This document shows positions 38,276 through 49,092 of a stretch of 64,000 bases of DNA, in pieces (within the stretch, counting starts at the first letter, position 1; every line of letters begins with the position of its first letter). The translations under genes and the position numbers were made by a program. The stretch comes from Prochlorococcaceae cyanobacterium (GTDB lineage: Bacteria; Cyanobacteriota; Cyanobacteriia; PCC-6307; Cyanobiaceae), in contig JBIKWK010000005.1 in assembly GCA_044356375.1 (NCBI GenBank), forward strand, positions 27,820 through 91,819. Reading direction: 5' to 3'. The notes under the pieces were generated by a model, which was given only the letters and a program-made list of their open reading frames with translations, had not been told where the DNA came from and made no database searches.

Positions 38276-38925
38276 GCCATTCCCATCCCCTGGCGGCGGT
38301 GCTCAAGCGCGTGCAGCCCAGCAGCTGCCCCAGCCAGTTCAACTTCCACTGCCACACCCACCATTCCGATGGCGCCATGGCCCCCGGGGAGCTGGCCCGG
38401 CAGGCCCTGGAAATCGGGTTGGAGCACATGGCGGTTACCGACCACCACAGCCTTGACGCCCATGGGCCGATCGCCGACCACTTCGAGCGGGCAGCCGCGC
38501 TAGGCGAACCCGTACCCAGGCTCTGGCGCGGCGTGGAGATCAGCTGCCTGCTGGAGGGCTGTCTGGTGCACGTGCTGGCCCTGGGCTTTGAAGCGGTGCA
38601 TCCCAGTTTGGTGCCCTACCTGCAGGGCAGTGCGGTGGTGGGTGGGGCCTTGAGGGCCGAGGCGGTGCTGGAGGCCACCCACGCCGCCGGCGGCCTGGCG
38701 CTGCTGGCCCACCCCGCCCGCTACCGCCTTCCCTTCCAGCGAATGATCGCAGCGGCGGCACGGCTGGGTTTCGATGGTGCAGAGGCCTGGTATGACTACG
38801 ACATGCAGGAGTGCTGGCAGCCCACCCCCCTGGTTTGTGAGGCGATCGCCGACAACCTTACCGAGCGTGGACTCTTGTTGAGTTGTGGCACCGATACCCA
38901 TGGTTTCTCGCTGCGTGGCCGCTAG
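38272..38925 (+). CDS. PHP-domain metal-dependent phosphoesterase
   Basis: FNFHCHTHHSDGAM...MAVTDHHS...LAHPARY. Start ATG overlaps the hemJ stop (ATGA). Confidence 0.8.
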   Translation: MSHSHPLAAVLKRVQPSSCPSQFNFHCHTHHSDGAMAPGELARQALEIGLEHMAVTDHHSLDAHGPIADHFERAAALGEPVPRLWRGVEISCLLEGCLVHVLALGFEAVHPSLVPYLQGSAVVGGALRAEAVLEATHAAGGLALLAHPARYRLPFQRMIAAAARLGFDGAEAWYDYDMQECWQPTPLVCEAIADNLTERGLLLSCGTDTHGFSLRGR

Positions 38926-38928
38926 GGT

Positions 38929-39501
38929 TTGAGCAAGATTTCCCCTTCACTGCCGATGGGTTTGTTCGATCGCCTCTTCGCATCCGGCGGTGGTGCCGGC
39001 AGTTCCAAGCCTCCGGCCAAGCCAAAGCCGAAGCAGGAAGTGGAGACTGTTTTTCTGGAGCCCGATGCCGCCAGCAGCCTTGGCGACGTCAACTTCATGC
39101 GCCGCTCCAACACCATCCGCCGCACCTTCCCTGGCACCGCCGCCAGCCCGGGCACCAAGGAGCGGGTGCTCGAGGTGGCTTCGATGGAGGCCGAACTGAA
39201 GCAAGTCACCCCTGGCCTGGGGGGCAGCTCCACCAGCGAAGAGGAAATCAGCCTCACCGGCGGCGTGCCCAAACCGGTGAAGAAGACCTTCGCCAAGCAG
39301 ATTTCCGCGGCCGAGCAGGAAAAGCTGCGCCGCGGTTCGGCCGCGGCCGTCAACAATCCCGGTGGCCCCGCTGCCGCCAAGCTCGAAAAGGAGCAGGTGG
39401 AGGCCGCCAAGCCGGTTCAGGCCACATACATCCAACAGTCCACCGCCAAGCCCGGCTCCATCGACCCATTCAAAAAAATGGTCAAGGAGCTGAACGGCTG
39501 A
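38929..39501 (+). CDS. Hypothetical, largely disordered K/P/A/E-rich protein
   Basis: 190-aa ORF (the real start may be the MGLFDRLF Met 9 codons downstream). A strong terminator follows. No family recognised. Confidence 0.55.
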   Translation: MSKISPSLPMGLFDRLFASGGGAGSSKPPAKPKPKQEVETVFLEPDAASSLGDVNFMRRSNTIRRTFPGTAASPGTKERVLEVASMEAELKQVTPGLGGSSTSEEEISLTGGVPKPVKKTFAKQISAAEQEKLRRGSAAAVNNPGGPAAAKLEKEQVEAAKPVQATYIQQSTAKPGSIDPFKKMVKELNG

Positions 39502-39515
39502 GGCAGAGTTTATTA

Positions 39516-39558
39516 CGCCGAAGCTGGCGATAGGGGCACAGCTTCGGCGCTGGTTTTT
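39516..39558 (+). terminator. Rho-independent terminator
   Basis: CGCCGAAGCTG-N12-CAGCTTCGGCG (perfect 11-bp stem) followed by CTGGTTTTT. Confidence 0.85.
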
Positions 39559-39856
39559 CGACGATACAGATACCGATCAGCCCCTTCAGATGCCAACAGC
39601 TGTCAACAACTCCCTATTGCCCTAGGCATTTTCGTGGGGCAGGGCCGTAGAAATTGCGATTTTTCCAGAGTCTGCATCGACCTTATCCAGTTTTATGGCG
39701 CTTTTATCCTGTTCCTTGGCGCCATAAAATACATCTGCCTCGCATTAGACTCTCTAGCCATCAGGCGGTATTGGACTTTATAACTGTCAGGCGGTAATGG
39801 CATTAATCATTTGCTTTTGTTCTGTTAGTCGGTCGCTATTCTGTCGCTTTTTAGCT

Positions 39857-42800
39857 CTAATTCTGTTCAATCAGTCCATCGCTACTTACCACCAGCTCTC
39901 GCAACTTATCGAGTTGATTGGGGGCGGCCCCCTGCCACAGGCCCCGGTGGTGGGCTTCTAGCAATCTTTCGGCCATGTCCCTGAGTGCCCAGGGGTTGCA
40001 GCGCTCTAGAAATTCCCGCACTTGCTCATTACTTAGCCACTGCTCGCAGATGCTGCCATAGCTCCAGTCGGGAACACGGCCGGTGCTGGCGTCATAGGCA
40101 AACAGGTAATCCAGGCTGGCCGCCATCTCAAAGCCCCCCTTATAGCCATGGCGTTGCATCCCCTCGATCCAGCGCGGATTGAGTACACGGGAGCGTAAAA
40201 CTTTATCTAATTCCCGCTCCAGGCGATGGACCCTTGGCCGCTCTGGCCGCGAGTGATCCGCGAACCAGAGGGCTGGCGCCTGGCCCTGGAGGCGCTCGGC
40301 GGCGGCGCTCAGTCCCCCCTGGAATTGGTAGTAGTCATCGGAATCGAGCAGGTCGTGTTCGCGGTTGTCCTGGTTGTGCAGGATTACCTGCACCTGCTGC
40401 AGGCGCTGCTCCAGGCCGGCGCGATCGGCTTGAGCCTCAATCCCCAGGCCGGAGGGATCGCCCGCCGCCAGGCCCGGGCTGTCGTAGCGCCAGCCGCTCC
40501 AATTGAGAAAAGCCTCCGCCAGATCAGCGCGGCTTTCCCACTGGCCGCTATCGATCAGCCCCTGCAGCCCGGCTCCATAGGCCCCGGGTGCCGAGCCATA
40601 CACCCGCCCCCAGTGACCCTCGCGGCGGGCGGTGGCGGCCAAGGGATTGTCAGCCTCGCTCTCCTCCAGTTGAGCGACCAAATTGCAGGCGCGGTTGAAC
40701 CAACTCACCAGCTGGGGGAAGGCATCGCGAAACAGGCCAGAGATGCGCAGGGTTACATCCACCCGGGGACGAGCCAGCAGCGCCAGGGGAATCAGCTCCA
40801 GATCCACCAAGCGCCGGCTGGGCCCATCCCACACCGGCCGCACCCCCATCAATGCCAGGGCCTGGGCGATGTCCTCGCCGCCGTTGCGCATCGTCGCAGT
40901 GCCCCAGACACTCAGGGCCAGGTTTTGGAGGTGTTCCCCCTGCTCCTGCAGGTGCAGCTCCAGCAGCAGTTCGGCGCTGCGGCGGCCCAGATCCCAGGCC
41001 GCTTCCGTGGGCAGCCCCCGCAGATCGAGGCTGTAGAAGTTGCGGCCGGTGGGCAGCAGGTCGGGCCTGCCGCGGGTGGGGGCTCCTGAGGGCCCGGCGG
41101 CGATGCGCTGGCCCGCCACCCCGTTCAAAAAGGCGGTGCTTTCGGCTTCCGCGCAGGCCAGCAGTCGCGGCAGCAACTGCCGGCTAATGCGCTCCAGGGC
41201 GGCCTGGCCCGCCGGGCCCGCTGGCCCCCAATGGCTGGTGGCGTTGAATTCGCCCGCGGTGAGTTGGCCCGCGGTGGATTCGCCCATCGCCTCGGCATCC
41301 ACCAGGGCTTGCAACAGCTCCAGGGCCCGCTGTTCCAGCAGCTCCACCGCGTCCCCCACCAGCCGCAGCGGCCGATCGCCGTAGGCGGCCAGCAAATGAC
41401 GATCCTGGGGCTGGAGGGGGTCGCCATCGGCATCGGCCCAGGGATCCAGGCTGAGCCCCAGATCCCAGGCGATTGCCTGGGTAAATCCGGGCTGGCCCTC
41501 CTGGGGCGCCCGGGCCAGGCAGAGCAGCAATTCGGTGAGCCGTTCAGCAGGCGGCAACTGGCCGTAGGTGTGCAGTCCCAGCCGGATCTGGGCTTCTTTG
41601 AGTTCACAGAGATAGCCATCGGCCGCGTTTAGTTGCGCCTCCAGCTGCTCGCCCCTGGCCAGCGGTTCCGCCCCTTGCTCAGGGCCTGCTGCCTGGGGTA
41701 ACTGCAGGGGCAATACCAGCGGCAACTGCAGTTGCTGCAGGCGCTGCGCTAATTGCTGGCCCAGGCCCAGGCTGCGCTCACCGCCCAACTCTCTGGCCTG
41801 CCAGTACTCGTCTAGCAGTGCTTCCAGCTGTTGCAGCTCCCCGTGCAGGCCCGCCCGGCCCAGGGGGGGAGTGAGGTGATCGAGGATTACCGCCTGGGCG
41901 CGCCGCTTGGCCTGGCTGCCCTCCCCCGGGTCATTAACGATGAAGGGATAGAGATGGGGCAGCGGACCCAGGGCCCACTCGGGGAAGCAGGCATCCGAGA
42001 GGCCGAGGCCCTTGCCCGGCAACCACTCCAAATTGCCGTGCTTGCCCACATGCACCACCACCTGGGCCGCGAAGCTGCCGCGCAACCAGAGGTATTGGGC
42101 CAGATAGGGGTGGGTGGGCGGCAGGTCGGGGCAGTGGTAGCTGAGGCTGGGGTCGCGGTCATAACCCCGTTCTGGTTGCACCAGCACCACCACCTGGCCA
42201 AACCGGATGCCCGCGATGGCAAAAGCTGGCTGGCCGGCGGCGTCTCGCTCCAGGGCGGCATCGGCCTCCGGTGGGCCCCACACCCGCTCCAGCCGCGATC
42301 GGCCCGCCTCTGGCAACTGGCGATACCAATTTTGATAACTAGCCAGGGGGAGATGGCTGAGGGGGGGGCGGTGGCCACTCTCCGGGTCGTTGGTGCGGCC
42401 GGCCAGCAGTTGGGCGATCAGGGCGGCGCCATCGGCCGGTAGCTGCTCGCCGGTGGCGTAGCCGGCCTCCTGCAGGCACTGCAGCATCAAGGCGGTGGAG
42501 GCCGGCGTATCCAGGCCCACCCCATTGGCCAAGCGAGCATTGCGGGTGGGGTAGTTGGCCAGCACCAGGGCCACCCGGCGCTCCGGCGCCGGCGTTTGGC
42601 GCAGTTGAATCCAGTTGGCGGCCAGCTGGGCGATCCAGCTGAGGCGTTCGCCGTCGGCTCGATAGCGCGGCAGGGCGGAAGCCAGCCTTGGGCTGGCTCC
42701 CTGGCTCTCCTTGAAGGCGCCGATGCGGGTGGTGATGCGGCCATCCAGTTCGGGCAGGGCCACCTGCAGCCCCAGTTCCGTAGGCCCCAGGCCGATGCTG

Positions 42801-43699
42801 CTGGCCTGCCAACTGGCCCTGCTGCGACCGCAACTGAGCACCTGAAACACCGGCACCCCCAGCCGCTCCCACAGGGGGGCGCCAAGGCCGGCCTCGGCAA
42901 ATTGCACCGAGGCGAAGGAGGTGCAGCACAACACGGCTTGCACCGCTTCTCGCTCCAGCAGATCGGCGACGCCCCGCTGCACCCCAGGCTCCCGCAGCCC
43001 ACTTACCCAGATCGCCCGCGGTGCCAGACCCTGGCCGCGGAGGGCGACCAGGGCGGCCTGCATCAACTCAAGATCTCCGGCCTGGAGCAGGGCCCGATAG
43101 ACGATCAAGCCCACCCTGGGCCCCGCTTCCTGGCGCCAGTCATGGGGCAGGGGATCGGCCAGGGGCTGGGGCGAAGGCGGCGGCGGTTGGCGACCCTCCA
43201 GCAGCGCCCGCAGCACCCGCAACAACTGGCTGAGGTTGGCGGGCCCGCCAATGCGCAGGCAGGCGGCGAGGGCCATCGCCAACTGCGGGTCCACAGTGCC
43301 CAGCTCCGCCAGCTCTCGATCGTCCTCAGCCGTGCCGGCCAGCACCAACAGATGTCTGGGGGCGCCGCCGGAGCTGGTCTGCTGGGCCCAGTTCCCCAGG
43401 GCCTCCAGGCCATAGCTCCAGTGGCCCCGACCGCCCAGCAAACGCACCACCACCAGCTGGGCCTGGCGGCCGTTGCTGGCCAGGTAGTGGTCCACCACGG
43501 CCGGGTGGGCCAGGCCCGCCAGGTTGAGGGCCCGCAGCTCGCAGCCCAGCAGTTCAGGATCGCTGGCCAGCAGTTGATCGATCGCCAGCAGGTCGGTATC
43601 GGCGCTGCTCAGCAGCAGCACCGGTGCCGGCGGCTGCTCGATCAGGGCCCTGGCATCCGCCTCGTCGCCGCCACCGGGAATTGTCACCAACCTGTGCAT
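39857..43699 (-). CDS. cobN: Cobaltochelatase subunit CobN
   Basis: 1280 aa. CobN/Mg-chelatase family throughout (LLLSSADTDLLAI..., VVVHVGKHGNLEWLPGK, SVWGTATMRNGGEDIAQAL). The N-terminus is CobN-like rather than ChlH-like. Confidence 0.9.
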   Translation of the reverse strand: MHRLVTIPGGGDEADARALIEQPPAPVLLLSSADTDLLAIDQLLASDPELLGCELRALNLAGLAHPAVVDHYLASNGRQAQLVVVRLLGGRGHWSYGLEALGNWAQQTSSGGAPRHLLVLAGTAEDDRELAELGTVDPQLAMALAACLRIGGPANLSQLLRVLRALLEGRQPPPPSPQPLADPLPHDWRQEAGPRVGLIVYRALLQAGDLELMQAALVALRGQGLAPRAIWVSGLREPGVQRGVADLLEREAVQAVLCCTSFASVQFAEAGLGAPLWERLGVPVFQVLSCGRSRASWQASSIGLGPTELGLQVALPELDGRITTRIGAFKESQGASPRLASALPRYRADGERLSWIAQLAANWIQLRQTPAPERRVALVLANYPTRNARLANGVGLDTPASTALMLQCLQEAGYATGEQLPADGAALIAQLLAGRTNDPESGHRPPLSHLPLASYQNWYRQLPEAGRSRLERVWGPPEADAALERDAAGQPAFAIAGIRFGQVVVLVQPERGYDRDPSLSYHCPDLPPTHPYLAQYLWLRGSFAAQVVVHVGKHGNLEWLPGKGLGLSDACFPEWALGPLPHLYPFIVNDPGEGSQAKRRAQAVILDHLTPPLGRAGLHGELQQLEALLDEYWQARELGGERSLGLGQQLAQRLQQLQLPLVLPLQLPQAAGPEQGAEPLARGEQLEAQLNAADGYLCELKEAQIRLGLHTYGQLPPAERLTELLLCLARAPQEGQPGFTQAIAWDLGLSLDPWADADGDPLQPQDRHLLAAYGDRPLRLVGDAVELLEQRALELLQALVDAEAMGESTAGQLTAGEFNATSHWGPAGPAGQAALERISRQLLPRLLACAEAESTAFLNGVAGQRIAAGPSGAPTRGRPDLLPTGRNFYSLDLRGLPTEAAWDLGRRSAELLLELHLQEQGEHLQNLALSVWGTATMRNGGEDIAQALALMGVRPVWDGPSRRLVDLELIPLALLARPRVDVTLRISGLFRDAFPQLVSWFNRACNLVAQLEESEADNPLAATARREGHWGRVYGSAPGAYGAGLQGLIDSGQWESRADLAEAFLNWSGWRYDSPGLAAGDPSGLGIEAQADRAGLEQRLQQVQVILHNQDNREHDLLDSDDYYQFQGGLSAAAERLQGQAPALWFADHSRPERPRVHRLERELDKVLRSRVLNPRWIEGMQRHGYKGGFEMAASLDYLFAYDASTGRVPDWSYGSICEQWLSNEQVREFLERCNPWALRDMAERLLEAHHRGLWQGAAPNQLDKLRELVVSSDGLIEQN

Positions 43700-43766
43700 C
43701 TGCCCATCCTGCTGGTGCAGTGAGAAGATCGGAACTTCCCAGGCCTAACAGTTCGCACCGCCAGCC

Positions 43767-44684
43767 ATGCACCAGTTCCTGCCCTATGCCTGGTTTGGCG
43801 GACGCTGCGTCCCCTTCGCGGAAGCGACCGTGTCGGTGGCCACCCATGCTCTCCACTACGGCACAGGCGCATTTGGCGGCATGCGGGCCCTGCCCAATCC
43901 AGCCGATCCCGGCGAAATTTTGCTGTTCAGACCCGACCGCCATGCGCGGCGGCTGAGCCAAAGTGCTCGGCTGCTGCTCACCGAGCTCAGCGAGCAGACG
44001 ATCCAAGAGGCGATCCACGCCTTCCTGCAGGCAAACAAGCCCAGCTGCCCCGTTTACCTGCGACCTTTCGTTTACACAAGTGATCTGGGTATTGCCCCTA
44101 GGCTACATAATATTGAGACAGATTTTCTGATCTATGGCTTGGAATTAGGGGATTACCTCTCCCCCGAGGGAGTGAGCTGCCGGATTAGCTCCTGGGCGCG
44201 CCAGGAGGATCGTTCCCTGCCCCTGCGCGGCAAGATCAGCGGTGCTTACATCACCAGTTCCCTCGCCAAGACAGAAGCGGTGAAGAGCGGCTTCGACGAA
44301 GCTCTGTTGCTCAACAGTCGCGGCAAGGTGAGTGAGGCAAGCGGCATGAATCTGTTCATTGTCCGCGATGGAGTGTTGATCACCCCTGGTGTTGATCAGG
44401 ATATTTTGGAAGGGATCACTCGTGCAAGTGTGATGGAACTCGCCCGGGCCATGGGTATCGAAGTGATCGAAAGGCCAGTGGACAAGAGTGAGTTATTTGT
44501 CGCTGATGAGGTGTTTCTCAGCGGCACTGCCGCCAAGGTGACGCCGGTGCGGCGGGTGGAATCCACCGACCTTTCCACCAGTCGGCCGATAATGGAAAAA
44601 ATTCGCGAAAGGCTCACGGCGATCACAGAAGGCCGCGATCCCGCCTATGAACATTGGGTGCAGCGGGTTCGCCTCGATCCCTGA
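43767..44684 (+). CDS. ilvE: Branched-chain amino acid aminotransferase
   Basis: 305 aa. [67 protein letters not shown]. Confidence 0.92.
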   Translation: MHQFLPYAWFGGRCVPFAEATVSVATHALHYGTGAFGGMRALPNPADPGEILLFRPDRHARRLSQSARLLLTELSEQTIQEAIHAFLQANKPSCPVYLRPFVYTSDLGIAPRLHNIETDFLIYGLELGDYLSPEGVSCRISSWARQEDRSLPLRGKISGAYITSSLAKTEAVKSGFDEALLLNSRGKVSEASGMNLFIVRDGVLITPGVDQDILEGITRASVMELARAMGIEVIERPVDKSELFVADEVFLSGTAAKVTPVRRVESTDLSTSRPIMEKIRERLTAITEGRDPAYEHWVQRVRLDP

Positions 44685-44845
44685 GCCCCAGCCCCAGCCA
44701 GGATTCATCAATGGCCAAATCCACCGCCGCTAGCTCCACCACCGACAGCTCTGCTGTCACCGTTGAGGTCAAAGCTTCACTGGGCGCTAGCGCTTTAGCA
44801 GGCGCCAAACCTCTAGCCGGTGCCAGCGATCACGGCCCTGGCCAA

Positions 44846-47800
44846 GTGAGCACTTTCTTAGAGCGGTTGCATGGTCCCGAGCGGCCGGTGTTGGTGTTTG
44901 ACGGCGCCACAGGCACCTCGCTGCAGCAGATGGACCTCAGCGCTGAGGATTTCGGCGGCGCAGCCCTGGAAGGCTGCAACGAATATCTGGTGTTTACGCG
45001 ACCGGATGCGGTGCAGGCCGTCCATCGCCAGTTCCTTGAGGTGGGTTGCGATGTAATTGAAACCAATACCTTTGGTGCCACCTCTTTGGTGCTGGCGGAA
45101 TACGACATAGCTGATCAGGCCTTTGCCATTAACCAGCGAGCTGCGGAATTGGCCCGGGAGGTGGCCGATGCCTACAGCACCCCAGAGAAGCCCCGATTTG
45201 TGGCCGGGTCCATGGGGCCCACCACCAAATTGCCCACCCTGGGGCATGTCGATTTTGACACCATGCGGGCCTCCTTCCAGGAGCAGGCCGAGGGCCTGCT
45301 GGCTGGAAATGTGGATCTGTTTATTGTGGAAACCTGTCAGGATGTATTGCAGATAAAAGCTGCTCTGCAGGGCATAGAAGCCGCCTTTGCCAAATGCGGG
45401 CAACGCCGACCACTGATGGTGAGCGTGACGATGGAAACCACCGGCACGATGCTGGTGGGATCAGATATAGCGGCGGTGGTGTCGATTCTCGAACCGTTCC
45501 CCATAGATATTCTTGGCCTCAATTGCGCGACCGGCCCAGAGCAAATGAAGGAGCATGTTAACTACTTAAGTACCCATAGCCCCTTCGTTGTTAGCTGTAT
45601 TCCCAATGCCGGACTGCCTGAAAATATTGGTGGTGTAGCCCATTACAGACTTACGCCCATCGAGATGAAGATGCAGTTAATGCACTTCGTGGAAGATCTC
45701 GGCGTACAGGTGATCGGTGGCTGTTGTGGCACCACCCCTGCTCACATCGGCTGCCTGGCCGAACTTACCGCTGAACTGAAGCCGGCAGCTCGCCAGGTGC
45801 GTACCCCGGCCAACCGCCACCAGCGACCCCTGCTGCAGGTGGAGGCCGCTGCCGCCTCTATCTACGCCACCACCCCCTATCACCAAGACAACTCTTTTTT
45901 AATCATTGGCGAGCGCCTCAACGCCAGTGGTAGCAAAAAGGTGCGCGATCTGCTCAACCAGGAGGACTGGGATGGCCTGGTGGCAGTCGCCCGCGATCAA
46001 CTAAAAGAAAATGCCCACATCCTGGATGTGAATGTGGATTATGTGGGGCGTGATGGGGAGAGCGACATGCGTGAGTTGGTGAGTCGCTTGGTGACGAACG
46101 TAAATCTGCCCCTGATGCTCGACTCGACGGAATGGCAAAAAATGGAAGCGGGCCTAAAGGTGGCCGGGGGCAAGTGCATACTAAACTCAACCAATTATGA
46201 AGATGGCGATGAACGTTTCTTTAAGGTATTAGAGCTGGCCATGGCCTATGGCGCTGGCGTGGTGGTGGGCACCATCGACGAAGAGGGCATGGCCCGCTCG
46301 GCAGAGCGCAAGTTTGCCATCGCCCAGCGTGCCTATCGAGCTGCCCTGGAAGCCGGTATCCCTGCCCACGAGATTTTTTATGACCCCCTTGCGCTGCCGA
46401 TCTCTACAGGCATCGAGGAAGACCGCAAAAATGCCGCAGCCACCCTGGAGGCGATAGGGCTTATTCGTCAGAATTTGCCCGGAGTACATGTGGTGCTGGG
46501 GATCAGCAACGTGAGCTTTGGCCTCTCTCCCGCAGCACGGATTGTCCTGAATAGTGTATTTCTACATGACTGCTGCGAAGCTGGCATGGATGCAGCAATT
46601 GTCAGCCCAGTTAAAATTCTGCCGCTGGCTAAGATCAGCGAAGAGCATCAGCAGGTTTGCCGAGATTTAATCTACGATCGCCGTCGTTTCGATCAAGGTG
46701 TTTGCATTTATGATCCTCTAACCGAACTCACCACTCTGTTTGAGGGGGTTACGGCGAAGGATGCCAGGGCGTCTGGTCCTTCCCTGGCCGACCTACCGGT
46801 GGCGGAGCGCCTCAAGCAGCACATCATCGATGGCGAACGCATCGGCCTGGAAACAGCCCTGCAGTTGGCATTGGAATCTTATCCACCGCTACAGATAATC
46901 AACAGCTTTTTACTTGATGGCATGAAGGTGGTGGGCGAGCTGTTTGGCTCCGGCCAGATGCAGCTTCCCTTTGTGCTGCAAAGCGCCGAGACCATGAAGG
47001 CCGCCGTCGCCTACCTTGAGCCGTATATGGATAAGCTTGAAGGCCCAGATGGAGAGAAAAAGAGCAGCACCAAGGGCAAGCTGTTGATCGCCACGGTAAA
47101 GGGAGATGTGCATGATATTGGCAAAAATTTGGTAGACATTATTTTAACCAATAATGGCTATGATGTTATAAATCTAGGCATTAAGCAGAGCTGTGATGCG
47201 ATCGTTGACGCCCAGCGGGAGCATGGGGCTGATTGCATCGCCATGAGTGGGCTACTGGTGAAGTCGACTGCCTTCATGAAGGACAACCTGGAGGCTTTTA
47301 ACAAGGTGGGCATCTCGGTGCCGGTCATTCTCGGGGGGGCGGCGCTCACCCCTCGTTTTGTCCATGGCGATTGCCGCGCCGCCTACCGAGGCCAGGTGAT
47401 CTATGGCCGGGATGCCTTCACGGATCTGCGCTTCATGGATGCCTTGATGGAAGCCAAGCGAGCCGCCAGCTGGGACGATCAACAGGGCTTCCTGGCTGCG
47501 GTGCCCGAGGGGCTGGGATTGGGTGAAGCCAATGATGAAGGCAACAATGATCAAGGCAACAAGGATGATGGCAACAAGGATGATGGCGCCAATGCCACCG
47601 CCGCTCCCCAGGCAGCCGAACCAGAGGCCAGTGGCCCTGCCCAGGCGCTCACCCCCATTGCCCCTTCAACTGCCACCGATCCTCGCGCAGATCAGCCCAA
47701 TGATCAGCGCTCTAATGATCATCGCTCTGAGATGGTGGCGGAAGAGCCAGCCCTGGCACCACCTTTTTGGGGCAGTTGCGTACTGCTGGAGACCACCATC

Positions 47801-48598
47801 AATTTGGAGGAGGTATTCACTTACCTAGATAGAAATGCCCTATTTGCAGGCCAGTGGCAACTGCGTAAAAGCCAGCAACAGAGCCGCCAGGAGTACGAGG
47901 CCATGCTGGCCGAGAAGGCTGAACCAGTGCTGCAGCAATGGCAGCAGCGCTGCATCGCCGAGGGCCTGCTCACGCCACGGGTTGTCTATGGCTATTACCC
48001 CTGTGGCCGCGATGGCAACAGCCTGCTGGTTTTTGATCCAGATGGCATGGAACCAGGCGCTTTAGCTGGCAAGGCCGGGCAGCTGTTGGGTGGCTTTGAG
48101 TTGCCCCGTCAGCGCTCTGGAAACCGCTACTGCATCGCCGATTTTTACCGCGACCTGGTGCCAGGCCCCAGGGGCGAGAAGTTGCCATCAGATGTATTAG
48201 CCATGCAGGCGGTAACCATGGGAGAGCAAGCCACCACATTCGCCCAGGGGTTATTCAAGGCTAATAAGTATACCGACTATCTCTATTTTCACGGCCTATC
48301 TGTTCAGATGGCCGAAGCCCTGGCGGAGTGGGCCCATGCCCGGATCAGGAGTGAGCTTGGTTTTAGTGCCCAGGAGCCCCAGCAGTTGCGAGAGATCCTG
48401 GCCCAGCGCTACCGCGGTAGTCGCTACTCCTTCGGCTATCCCGCCTGTCCGAACGTGGCCGATTCCCGCCAACAACTCGACTGGCTGGGCGCCAGCCGCA
48501 TTGGTCTATCGATGGATGAGAGCGATCAACTGGAGCCCGAGCAGAGCACCACTGCCCTGGTGGCCCTGCACAGCAAGGCGCGCTACTTCAGCGCCTAG
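44846..48598 (+). CDS. metH: Cobalamin-dependent methionine synthase
   Basis: Hcy-binding, pterin-binding, B12-cap/B12-binding (GDVHDIGKN) and AdoMet-activation domains. I prefer the GTG at 44846 ([23 protein letters not shown]). The 45 codons between the ATG at 44711 and 44846 are S/T/A-rich with A/T-ending codons. Confidence 0.9.
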   Translation: MSTFLERLHGPERPVLVFDGATGTSLQQMDLSAEDFGGAALEGCNEYLVFTRPDAVQAVHRQFLEVGCDVIETNTFGATSLVLAEYDIADQAFAINQRAAELAREVADAYSTPEKPRFVAGSMGPTTKLPTLGHVDFDTMRASFQEQAEGLLAGNVDLFIVETCQDVLQIKAALQGIEAAFAKCGQRRPLMVSVTMETTGTMLVGSDIAAVVSILEPFPIDILGLNCATGPEQMKEHVNYLSTHSPFVVSCIPNAGLPENIGGVAHYRLTPIEMKMQLMHFVEDLGVQVIGGCCGTTPAHIGCLAELTAELKPAARQVRTPANRHQRPLLQVEAAAASIYATTPYHQDNSFLIIGERLNASGSKKVRDLLNQEDWDGLVAVARDQLKENAHILDVNVDYVGRDGESDMRELVSRLVTNVNLPLMLDSTEWQKMEAGLKVAGGKCILNSTNYEDGDERFFKVLELAMAYGAGVVVGTIDEEGMARSAERKFAIAQRAYRAALEAGIPAHEIFYDPLALPISTGIEEDRKNAAATLEAIGLIRQNLPGVHVVLGISNVSFGLSPAARIVLNSVFLHDCCEAGMDAAIVSPVKILPLAKISEEHQQVCRDLIYDRRRFDQGVCIYDPLTELTTLFEGVTAKDARASGPSLADLPVAERLKQHIIDGERIGLETALQLALESYPPLQIINSFLLDGMKVVGELFGSGQMQLPFVLQSAETMKAAVAYLEPYMDKLEGPDGEKKSSTKGKLLIATVKGDVHDIGKNLVDIILTNNGYDVINLGIKQSCDAIVDAQREHGADCIAMSGLLVKSTAFMKDNLEAFNKVGISVPVILGGAALTPRFVHGDCRAAYRGQVIYGRDAFTDLRFMDALMEAKRAASWDDQQGFLAAVPEGLGLGEANDEGNNDQGNKDDGNKDDGANATAAPQAAEPEASGPAQALTPIAPSTATDPRADQPNDQRSNDHRSEMVAEEPALAPPFWGSCVLLETTINLEEVFTYLDRNALFAGQWQLRKSQQQSRQEYEAMLAEKAEPVLQQWQQRCIAEGLLTPRVVYGYYPCGRDGNSLLVFDPDGMEPGALAGKAGQLLGGFELPRQRSGNRYCIADFYRDLVPGPRGEKLPSDVLAMQAVTMGEQATTFAQGLFKANKYTDYLYFHGLSVQMAEALAEWAHARIRSELGFSAQEPQQLREILAQRYRGSRYSFGYPACPNVADSRQQLDWLGASRIGLSMDESDQLEPEQSTTALVALHSKARYFSA

Positions 48599-48625
48599 CC
48601 TCGCTGGGCAGTCGCCTAAAGCACC

Positions 48626-48898
48626 ATGGCCATCGCCGGCCCCGACGGCATCGACGCCGCCATCCAACAGGGCATTGACCTGGACGGCAGTCCGATCCCA
48701 GCCGAGATGCTTTCCCTCTACAACGAGGTGATGGACCTGGAGAGCCAGCGGGCCCGCAGTGGCGTCAAGAAGTCAATGCGCAATCGCATTGTCAAGACCG
48801 GCTCCAAGCACTTTGATCAAGCCAACCTGGATGCCCGCCTCCAGGCCGCTGGCTGGGATGGCCTCAAGGACAAGGAGATCGCCTTCTTCTACGGCTGA
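48626..48898 (+). CDS. Conserved hypothetical small protein (90 aa)
   Basis: Coding-like codon usage. MAIAGPDGIDAAIQQGIDLDGSPIPAEMLSLYNEVMDLESQRARSGVKKS... No family recognised. Confidence 0.6.
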   Translation: MAIAGPDGIDAAIQQGIDLDGSPIPAEMLSLYNEVMDLESQRARSGVKKSMRNRIVKTGSKHFDQANLDARLQAAGWDGLKDKEIAFFYG

Positions 48899-48980
48899 CC
48901 ATTTAGCGAAAGCCAATTGCTCCAAGGCAATTGGGCCCAGGGCAAACAACCCCAGGGCGAGCCCAGTCAGCCCAGGCCCA

Positions 48981-49092
48981 TTAACCCCAGGCCGAGGCCT
49001 TTATGCCCAGGCCGAGGCCTTTATGCCCAGGCCGAGGCCTTTATGCCCAGGCCGAGGGCTTTATGCCCAGGCCGAGGCCTTTATGCCCAGGC
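48981..49092. repeat. 20-bp tandem repeat, 5 full copies plus a partial one (TTATGCCCAGGCCGAGGCCT)
   Basis: Units at 48981 (variant), 49001, 49021, 49041 (one mismatch), 49061 and 49081 (partial), read directly. Each contains AGGCC-GA-GGCCT. Confidence 0.95.

Noticed and set aside
43700-43766. A cobalamin riboswitch upstream of cobN or metH
   Set aside because: The cobN-ilvE divergent spacer is only 67 nt and the metH leader is at most about 160 nt. I could not see a B12-box-like element. This cannot be excluded without a covariance-model scan.
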